From: the human T2T-CHM13v2.0 reference genome, Homo sapiens | Assembly (NCBI RefSeq): GCF_009914755.1 | Contig: NC_060926.1 | Length of the DNA stretch: 64,000 bases | Strand: one strand, 5' to 3' | Shown here: positions 53,348 to 64,000 of the stretch, piece after piece | Layout of the letters: the number at the start of each line of letters is the position of its first letter | Numbering within the stretch: the first letter of the stretch is position 1 | Made by a program: the position numbers and the translations under genes | Notes under the pieces: generated by a model | What the model was told of the DNA's origin: nothing | Seen by the model: the letters and a program-made list of their open reading frames with translations, nothing else | The model's database searches: none

Positions 53348-54893
53348 ATGCCTGTTATAGCAGTCATGTGAAAACAAACTGCATGTGAGACTATCACATT
53401 GCTGGGGCCATTCTGGGCAGGACCTTCATCTAAAAGTATTGGTCGAACCTAAAATGATGAAGCTAATACCTTAAAATCTGTTCAGTGTTCTGTGGTTTCA
53501 GCACTAGGAGCTACTTCTGGTCATGGGATGTCAGAAATCAGCCTACCTATATATGACATGCTGAGCCCCAGTGCCCCCAGTTGGGCGATTTGGATGCTGT
53601 TGAATGAGAAGAACAAAACCAGGAGAGGGAAAGTGGTTTCCTAGAGGTCGTATCGCACCTAGTGTGAGCTCAGGCCAGTGTGCTGCATCCTGCCCTAAGT
53701 TGCCTCTTTAAAACACCAGCTCCTGCTCTGAGAGGTCTTCTCTACCTCGTCCATGGAATGTGAGCATCACTTACCTTTCATTTCAATATGTACCGTGAAA
53801 ACTTTCCACATATACACTGAGCATGCTTCCTGTTGCTGCCAAGATACACTTCAATGAACTTTGCATGGGTTGATGTCTTCCCAGCCTCATGTCAGCCCAT
53901 CTTTCCACCTTAACCTTCCACACATAACCAACCTATTCTTTCACACCTCCACGCCTTGTTCTTGTCCTCAAGAGAAAGTCCCAGCCAACCTCCTCTGCCT
54001 GGGAAAGGCCTATGTATTCTTCAGTGTCATTCCCAAATGAGATCGACCTCCACCTTGCCCCAGCGGGTTTCTCCTCTCTGCCTGACAAACTACCCTGCCT
54101 TGTGTTTGTTGCTTTATGGAGTTGTGTTTTTTTATTCATCTGTTGTGTTTCTTGGTGGAATGTGAGCATTCAGAGCTCTGTGCCTGGACCACCTGATACA
54201 GTGGTGTATGGGTAATAGGTCCTCAGGGACCCTGTGAAGTCAAACAATGTTACAGGCTTCCTTTCAAAGGAGTGAACCTTTTTGCTAGGTAAGGTCCGTA
54301 CACTGCAGAGACTATGCTCTGAAAGCTGGGTGTACACCCTTGCGTGCCTGTGTGGTGCCTTGACACATTTCTCAGGGCCTGCCCCCTACACAGCCCTGAG
54401 CAGACCAGTCCTCGCTCAACCAGGACCATGACAGCTTGTTACGGGATATTGAAGTTTCTCGATTCTGCCTATCAGAATTATTTAACTCATTGGGATGTGG
54501 ATCAGACAGTTCTTTAAAATGTTACAAATATGTCAGTTAATTAATAAAGTCCTTTTACAACCACACAAAGAAATGGTTTCAGGAATCCAAGGCTGGGGAA
54601 CGGGGAGGGCTATAGGGAACCAGGAAGACTCCAGTTATTTGTTTGGGTTTGTTAGTTTCCACTTCACCTTGGTCCTCCTGACATCTTCCTACTCTGCAAG
54701 CGCTAAGGCTGGTTGTCACATGCAACGATGGTGTTAGCAACCAAGCCACCGAAAAGCAGCTTGGGAAGGCTGAATTCACATTACCATGCCTTCATTTTAG
54801 ACTGAGGGACCCTTGAATCTCACCCTCTCTGCAGGTGCATACAAGACTGTCCTCTCCATTTCCCATTTGCCTGCTTTCTACTCCTCCTCATGA

Positions 54894-55369
<476 letters not shown>

Positions 55370-57479
55370 CCGATTGATTCTTAATTTTCCAAAATGCTCC
55401 ATCTTTACTCATCTTTTCACCCTTCATACCCGATGGTGATTTGCACAAAGCATTTGCTCAAGGGTGACCTTGTGGAAAACCACTTCTGTTACCTCCCATC
55501 AAGTAATGGATGACAGGGTCCCACGGGTGGACAGATTGTCCCATACGGGAGGAAAGGGAACAGACTGCACACAGGTGCATCATGGCCAGAACAGAGGGAA
55601 CAGTCAAAACCCACAGTTACATACATGCTCATGTTGCCACAGCCTTCACTGTGTTTATCAGTGAAAATGGATTCTTTAGAAAATAAAGTTGTCCAGAGTC
55701 CTGGGACTGGTTCTTTTCCTGTAATAGGGATGAGTTAGAATTGAAATAGTGTGGAAAAGAAATAATTACAGGATTAAGCAGCTATAAAGTTACTGCCCTT
55801 CAGGTGTTATGTAAAGGTAAACTACAAATGGTCATATAACAATTGTAATTATAGAAAAAAATGGGGTTGTATACCCTTTGCAACAGAATAAAAAAGAAAG
55901 AAAAAATACCCACGATACAGCCAGTGTTATGGCTAAGCTACCTAATCAATTAACATACCTTAATTTGAAGAAAAAAAACTATAGTATATTCCTAGCAAAA
56001 TTTGAAACAATAATTTCTTTGAATATCTTTAGAAATCCATCCAATGTTACGAGTGACAGAAAAGTCAGTATTAAGTTATTTCTGCTTTTGGTTGCAAAAT
56101 AGAAAAGGTAATTATTAATTCAGAAACACTTTTCATATACAAAATTAGACTTCTTTTCCTATATAACAACTGTTAATCTAAGAAATTTAAAGCGGAAAGT
56201 AAAAATAAAAGCTTTTACTTTTATGAGTTAATGGTAGTGGCCATATTTGTGCTGTGTACGAGGCACTAATGGGTGGCCTACATGTGTTGTGTATATGTAA
56301 CGTGTGACACACAGCAACTCATGTGATCTCCACAATGATTCCAAGAGGTCCAGGCTACTATTATCCTCATTTTGCAGAAAATGAAACTGAGAGGCAGAGA
56401 GGAAAATTTACCCTCAGACTTTCAAACATAGAAAGCTGGATTTATTTCCTGCCAGTCTGGTTTAGGGATCCCTCCTCTGTCACTGTTATGCAACTTTGCA
56501 TTTATTGTAACTTTTAAGTATGGAGAATTATAAAGAGACACAAAATTTTAAAGAGAACAGTATAATAAGTCCATATACCCATCAGTTACAAAAATGTGAT
56601 TTGGCCACTGTCGCTTATCTAGACCTCCATTTGATAACCATTTCTATATTATTTTGAAGAACATTCCAGAAATCATATAATTTTGCCTACAAAAGTTTCA
56701 GTGTGCATATCTAACATATTAGAACTTTATTTTTAAACACAGGCAGGACACTATTAACATACTTAAGAAATCAACAGTAATTATGTAATATCATGTAGAT
56801 GTTTTAAATAGTTGATGCTTTAAACTTCAGGGGTAAATTTAATGTATAAAGTTATATTTTTCCTGGCTATATTTTAACACCATGTATTTCTTCTTATGGG
56901 AAACAGTAGGACAGTGGTGAACTATGAAGGGATAAAGTGTCCCCTTGAGCCCAAGGCCACATCACCTAAAGGAAAGATGAACACAACACAGGAACTTACC
57001 AAGAACAAAAGGCCCCTCTCTTTCTCTTGTTCTAACTTCTTAACCACGCTTTCCCTTGCCCAGCTCTGGGAGGCACCTTCACTAGGGCTCTGCACTCCCC
57101 TCCCCACGAGCCTGTGTCTCTGAGATGCAGGAAGCACCTGGGAGGCCCTGGACCATCTCTGCTATTATCTTTCACCCCAAACTACTTAAGAGGATTCTTA
57201 AAATAAAAGGAGAGCTCTCCTCAATGGATCTTTGTTTTCAGATATTTACCATTTCTTAGTGTCTTAACAGTTGTGATGCTGTAAGGCCACTATGAAGTTC
57301 TGGGTACAGAGGACAAAACTCCCTTGGTTTTATGGTTTAAGATTGTATAGAGGCTAATAGTATCTACTTTTCCTATATTTCAAGGCTATGCCTGATTGTG
57401 ATGATAGTTCAAAGTATGGAGGACAATAATGCCTTCTTACATATCAAAGAAGTATTATAATGATTAAGCCATTCAACAT

Positions 57480-57711
57480 GGAAGAGGAAGAAGGAGAAGA
57501 AGAAGAGGAGAAGGAGGAAGAGGGAAAGGTGGAGGAGGGAAGGGAAGGGGAGGGGAGGGAAAAAGAGAGGTGGAGTCCAGGAGGAAGGAAGAAAACAATG
57601 GAGTAAGAAGAGAGAAAGAGGGAGGGAAGGAGGAAGGAGAGAGAGAAAGAGAGAAGGAATGAATGAATGAAGGAAGGAAGGAAGGAAGGAAGGAAGGAAG
57701 GAAGGAAGGAA
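57480..57711. repeat. Purine-rich tract ending in (GGAA)10 at 57672-57711
   Basis: Read directly. Confidence 0.93.
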
Positions 57712-59100
57712 TCAAGATTATCCCTCAAATGTCAACCAACACCTGTTCCATGCCCAGGTTGCTTTTCCCTATCAGTTCAGCTTTTTACCTTCAAGTTTGT
57801 TGGCCAGGTAGTTTCGGGTTGAGCGACAGCCTTCAAGGTATTTCCATTTTGCCATTCTATGTTCATAAGGGTTTTTAATGTATACCCTCAAGCGGGCAAC
57901 ACTGCACACTGGGATTTTCTTTCACTAGCTTCTTCTAATCAAAGAATGTAAACTAGGAAAGGTAGGAAGCTGTTGTTAGCAGACAGCACTTACGTGATTT
58001 ATCTATTTAAGAAGCAGGACAAGTACATGGCATAAAGTCAAGGATGGGGTAAGAGGTAAATGAAACAAAAGCTTTGATGTAGAAAAATTATGTGGAATTT
58101 CAAATAGATGGATATAAGAAGTAGTAAAAACATGTATCAGAAAAGGAGGAAATAAAGAAATAAACTATAAGTGTCATCAGAAAACATTAAAGTAAAAATT
58201 AAGAAAATTTGTATGAGCAAGAAAATTCATTTGTGGACTAAAGTAGAAAGTGTTAGATTTTCTGAGAAGTTTTTCTTCCCATAAGGAGGATTTCAAGCAT
58301 ATACTATTCCTGCTTATATGATGTCAAATTAGGTCATTTTAATGAATTCACCACAAAACACTAGTTAGGCATTGCATACATACCCTGGTTGTATGGTTCA
58401 CAGCTTTACGTATTGTTGATTTGTTGCCATTGCTTTAGTTTCTTGCATATCAAAGTTGCCTTGGTAATAGGCATTATCTCCAGGACAACCAAGTGAACCA
58501 ACTCCAAGAAACTATTTGGAGTGAAAAATTTGGAAGAGTAAAGGTGTTCACCTGCCCATTCCATATAAGACAGAAATCAGGAGCTGAGACTATGGGGTGC
58601 CTTTTAAACCGAACTAAACTTCTTCTATCCGCCCTTGTGCACATTACATAACGCTCTGCCTCAGGTCTCTCCTGCTGAGAATGGGGATGATAATGTTTCC
58701 TTCCCTAGTGTTATTTTAAGGAGGAAGTCAGGTAACACACATCAACTTCGTAGGACACGGCTGCAGTGCAGCAGTCTGTGCAGGGTGGCCACGCGCGTGC
58801 AGCATTGCAGCAGGGTCAGACCCCATCAGGAGGTGGAGAGGAAGCTTCAACCAAACAAACCATAACCTGAGAGGCATCCAGAGCTCTGTGATTTAAAACC
58901 CAGAACACCAAGCACAAAATTTCATCCTAAAATATTGTGGTTTAAGTCTCCTCAAAGATTTCTAATTCCTTCATTTAACTGATGAAGTGACTGAGGCTTA
59001 GAGAAGGCTGGTGGCTTGCCTCGGTGCGGCCATAGGGGACACACTAGGTTTTCCAGCTTTTGATGAGGGTTTGTTTTATACCAAATGTACACAACCGTGG

Positions 59101-59462
59101 TGATATGGTTTGGCTGTGTCCCCACCCAAATCTCATCTTGAATTGTAGTTCCCATAATCCCCACATGTTGTGGGATGGACCTGGTGGGAGGTAATTGAAT
59201 CATGGGGGTGGTTACCCCACACCGTTCTCATGTTAGTAAGTAAATTCTCATGAGATCAGATGGCTTTATCAGGGGCTTTCCCTGCTTTGCTCAGCACTTC
59301 TCCTTCCTGTGAAGAAGATGCCTTTCTTCAGCTTTGCCTTCTGCCGTGATTGCAAGTTTCCTGAGACCTCCCAAGCCATGCAGAACTGTGAGTCAATTAA
59401 ACCTCTTTTCTTTATAAATCATCGGGTATTTCTTCATGGCAGTGTGAGAATGAACTAGTACA
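59101..59462 (+). mobile_element. THE1 solo LTR (THE1D-like)
   Basis: TGATATGGTTTGGCTGTGTCCCC...GAACTAGTACA; 5-bp TSD CGTGG at 59096-59100 and 59463-59467. Confidence 0.95.
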
Positions 59463-60892
59463 CGTGGCATGACTTTTCATGTCATAACTAGTAATAGTGT
59501 GGGGCAAATGACTTTTGTTTTCTTTTTAATATAATTGTTGTGTAATATGTACAGAAGTGGGAAGAGTAAATGCTTGTGTCTTCCTGATTGATTGTAAAAT
59601 TCTTCCCAACTAGCTCATGTAAGTGGTCAACAACTGAGGCCAAAATGTGTTGCTTTATAGAGATTTAGCAGACTTATATTAATGATCCAATTACCTTGAA
59701 TGGCGTGAACTTAACTTGTGTATTTAGAAAAACAATAATCAAATATTGAAAATACTGTCATATGAAATAGAAATTAGCCCATAGAACCTAGAACATGTTC
59801 TGAACATAGTAGATCATTAAAATACATCCATTAAGTTGAATTGAATTAGACATAGTCTGTATCTCTCCAGAGGCTGAAAGTAAAAACAACAGGTGCCTAT
59901 TATAAAACTGAATAATATGCAAACCCTTGACACAATCCAACAATGGAATGAGTTGCCTTGTTGAGTTGTAAGCTATCTGTTCCTGGAAATATTCAAGAAG
60001 CAATAAAAAGGCTACTTTTTAGCGGTAGGTGGCATGGGGGCAGAAATGTTTCTGTAGTGCACTCTGGCGTTTAGTATAACGAACACAATCCTAGCTTTCT
60101 TTAATGGTAGTGGATCTCGAAATTCTCAGAGTTACACATCAGAAACAATAATGGTCACTATATTAAATTGCTCATACTGAGATCTTATTTTTAAAGTAAA
60201 TGTATTGTAATGCTTTTCATACCATGTATCAGAGACTCAATATAAGCGTGGATTCTGCAACTAAAAGGTGGACTTCTCAAAATCTGGATCATGTTCTATC
60301 ATTTACATATCACCACTGCCTCACACAGTGTATTGCATGTAGTAGGCACTTCATACATTGATTTAATATATGAACAAAAGAACAGAAGTGTCAGCTTTTT
60401 AACTGAGTTTATGAAAATTTAGAAGATATTTTGAAATACATTTTTAGCCTTTACAAAACTAAATTTGTGCTATGAGATTAGTTTTTTCTTAAGGTTGAAT
60501 TTATGAATTTATGACACTGCTATGTGTAATGGCAGACCGTTCAAACACTGGATGGTTAGCTGTGTTTTCAATAGCAGAGAACATGCAGTGATAGGACCAC
60601 ACATAAAATGAAGCAGGATTGTAAAGATAATGCCCTTCTCAAAAGCTTCAAAATGTATATAGTCTTGAGTCAAGCAATTCTACTGTGAATTTATCTTAAG
60701 AAAATCATTAACAGTGTGAAAGGTTTTAGGTAAAGAATGGTTATTAAAACCATGTTTATAAGGCAAAATTTTAAAAATCCAACTTATGAAATTACAATAG
60801 AGAATTGATGAAGTATATTTCAGTGTATTCATAAAGTAGAATGCTAGATGAGGTAACGGAATAAAATAAGGTAACAGAAAAGTAGTTCTTCA

Positions 60893-61184
60893 GGCTGGGC
60901 ACAGTGGTTCACACCTGTAATCCCAGCACTTTGGGAAACCGAGGTGGGCAGACCACTTGAGGTCAGGAGTTGGAGACCAGCCTGGCCAACATGGTGAAAC
61001 CCCGTCTTTACTAAAAATAGAAAAATTAGCCAGGTGTGGTGGCATGTGCCAGTAACCCTAGCCACTTGGGAGGCTGAGGCAGGAGAATACCTTGAACCCC
61101 GGAGGGAGAGGTTACGGTGAGCCAAGATTGTGCCACTGCACTCCAGCCTGGGTGACAGAGCCAGACTCCATCCCCCCCAACACA
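60893..61184 (+). mobile_element. Alu (AluS-type)
   Basis: 15-bp TSD AAAAGTAGTTCTTCA at 60878-60892 and 61185-61199; short C-rich tail. Confidence 0.95.
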
Positions 61185-62809
61185 AAAAGTAGTTCTTCAT
61201 ACAGAAAGATACATACGATGCATAAGGGAAAAAGGAGTAAAGAACAAACGGCACAGTTTGACCCATGTTAATTTAAAATCTTTTTGAAGACTGTCAAAGA
61301 AATCAGTCTTGAAGAATTTTAAACCAACATACTAATGGTGGTTGTCACTGAATTTTTGAATTTCCAGTGCTTTAAAAATTATATTATCTATTATTTTAAT
61401 ATTCTAATGTTTCTACAATGGACATACACTAATTATGTAAAGAAAATAGAAGTTTAAAAACTTGGTCTCTCTGGCAGTTTGACGTTAATGCAAAGAACGA
61501 CATTGAGAGGATAAGTTTCTAAAGATATTGACACCAAAAGTAAGAGAGTACAGAGATGATGCCTTGAAAAGTATAATTTTTGAACCATTAAAAATTAGTT
61601 GTGTAGCAAATAGAGGACATTGGGTCCAACAGATTGGTTTATTTCTCAGTCTTGCTGGAAATTAAATTTGTAGCACTTCTCAATTCCACCCACTCATAAT
61701 TGGAAGAGAAAGTGAAGGCCACAGAAGCTGAGAGTCTGCTTCAAAGTCCCCAGGCAGTAAGGGCTGCTCAGACCTCAAACCTACACGTGGTCAGGCAATG
61801 CTACTCTTTCATGCAGCTGAAAATTTACACAGTTATGTCCAAGACAGATTTCAAAAGGGATACAAATGATTCCCAAGGATGTGCGTCTATGGAAAAAGGA
61901 AACTACAGCCTCAAAATGGGGCTCTGATTGGAAGTAAGCTCTGAAGTCCGTGCACCTCTGGCTACCTGTCCGACCTCCCTCTGCCTCAGTTTCCTCATGT
62001 CTAAAAGGGATGGTGGCAACTTTCTTACAGGGTACTCAAGGGCTTCAAGAGAGCCAGCCATGTCTGCAATGTGGCCTCACCCAAAGCAGGCACTCAGGCT
62101 AAAGTGAAGGAGTAGGAGTGGGAGGAGTTTGAAATTCAGAAAACACCACGTAAGTATAACAAGAAGAATTAGGAAATTAAACATAACTATATGTTTTTGG
62201 ATCAAGTTCTCTGCTTGGTTCAGTTCATTTATGAAATATTTAGATTATAGGTGATGCTTTCATCAGTATAAAGATATAAGAAAAAGTCATAGTTGATGTA
62301 TGAATTTAACATGTATATGTAATTGACTAGACAAGGCATACAACTGAAGCACGTAAGCATTAAAAACAGCAAGAAATAACTGGTACAAAAGAACCCAGTT
62401 GCCCGAATTCTAAATCAGTCATTGCCTTGTGAGTTCTGCTTGTTTTCAGGTACCTCCTTTACATTCCTAATACAACGGTAAGGTCCCATTGCAATTCACA
62501 TACCACACGCTGTGATCCCTCAAATGTCAACGTGGATTGGACAAACGTCCAGGCAACAGCCGCACACACCTCGTCCTTGGCTACAGCCTCCTCATGACCC
62601 GCCCTGCATGTAAGAGAAGAGGAAGAAATGGTTAATGGAACTGGGACTCTTTTCTCTTGAGTTAATGGGAATGGATAGTTTCCCTGCATCTTGAGCTATT
62701 CTCATTAAAGTATTGAAGGCCCTACGCACACACAGCCACACTTGCTGAAATTTATCTAAGGAGGGGTCTTGGAGTTAGACACTCCTACTGTGTCTCCTCA
62801 AAATTGTAA

Positions 62810-63115
62810 TTTTTTGTTTTTTTTGAGACAGAGTCTTGCTCTGTCACCAGGCTGGAGTGCAGTGGCGGGATCTTGGCTCACTGGAGCCTGTCTCCTGGGT
62901 TCAAGCGATTCTCCTGCCTCAGCCTCCCAAGTAGCTGGCACTACAGGCATGCACCACCACGCCCAGCTGATTTTTTATATTTTAGTAGAGATGGGGTTTC
63001 ATCATGTGCTATGTTGGCCAGGGGTCAGGGTGGTCTTGATCTCCTGACCTCGTGATCCGCCCACCATAGCCTCCCAAAGTGCTGGGATTACAGGTGTGAG
63101 CCACTGCGCCTGGCC
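62810..63115 (-). mobile_element. Alu (AluSc-like)
   Basis: GAGACAGAGTCTTGCTCTGTCACCAGGCTGG...CCTGACCTCGTGATCCGCCC...GCGCCTGGCC; near-TSD AAAATTGTA / AAAGTTGTA. Confidence 0.92.
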
Positions 63116-64000
63116 AAAGTTGTACTTCTTTTAAAATAAAAGTCTGTGCTTTAATAAAAATGAAAGAACAAGGTCAGTTGTGTGAAACTTGAGAGAGTCC
63201 CTAGGTCTCCGTCCTCCCTACAAAGTCTTCTAACCCGGGGAGATGAGCTGGAGGTGAGCTCCATGCCCAAAAGGCTGCTTGTCAGGCAGTGATTGCAGTT
63301 GCAAGAGAAGGTTCTGGACTTGGGGAGTGCATCGTGAATTGCATTATGGCAATGTATGCAGGTTCAATAGGGACCTCAAACGCAGCTTGCCTATCTAAGG
63401 CCATATCAGGACAAATGCCACAATGAAAAATAAGAGGTGTTTAAAAAACAGAAGTAAAGAAACATGCACAGACCAGGAAGTTTCCCATATTTCCTATTTC
63501 CTAGGTTCACTTGGAAAACTAGGGTGGTGGAAGAAAAGGACAATAATTCCTTTGGAAAATTAATTCAACTTTTTCTACCCACTAACCATATTCGTTCCAA
63601 TTTTAGCAGTTCTGTGGGAGGAAAAATGAAACATGAAATTCTTCTATGCTTTCAACTTTGCATATCTCTTTACCTCTACCTGGAATGCCCTCCCCTTTCT
63701 GGGTCTTCCCAATTCTGCCTAGAAGCCACACTTTCTATTTTGTGACATGTTCCTGGTGACAGAGGAGCAGGGATCTTCATGGTAAGAGCAGCACACATGT
63801 CAACTGCTCCCATTTCCGAGTATCCAGCTGAGAAGCTACACGTTAGGTCAGACACTGCAGGTTCAGTATCTCTCTTAATCCTCAAAGTCGGCATCATTAT
63901 TTCCCTGTACATTGGCTCAAGATGCTGCCTAACCCCTGGAGACAGAGCTAGAGCATGCCTAGCAGGGGTTCAAAACCAGCTCTTCCCAACTCGAGGGTGC

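Overview
Primate, almost certainly human, genomic DNA (Alu J/S/Y elements, a human-specific L1HS, THE1 and MLT1 LTRs, MER DNA-transposon relics, L2 and MIR). I recognise no cellular protein-coding exon, RNA gene or CpG island, so this is probably intronic or intergenic. I cannot name the locus. The only real protein homology is LINE ORF2: an open 499-codon C-terminal piece in a 1.77-kb pre-Ta L1HS with a tiny twin-priming 5' inversion, a decayed ~3.8-kb L1MA-type ORF2, and an L2 RT-motif relic. Non-routine observations: (1) a ~210-bp inverted repeat that I cannot assign to a TE (23278-23923), with a ~97% identical inner half and ~84% identical outer half, inside what looks like a multi-jump templated-insertion scar; (2) other spaced local duplications of similar divergence; (3) a 31-bp ETS-motif VNTR ending in overlapping NF-kB/STAT sites, near a MARE; (4) a ~55-nt L1 stub with an apparent 3' transduction; (5) many VNTRs, including a G-quadruplex-prone 20-mer array. 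I found no convincing evidence of a wholly new biological system. Repeat subfamily calls are from remembered consensus sequences, and identities were counted by eye.
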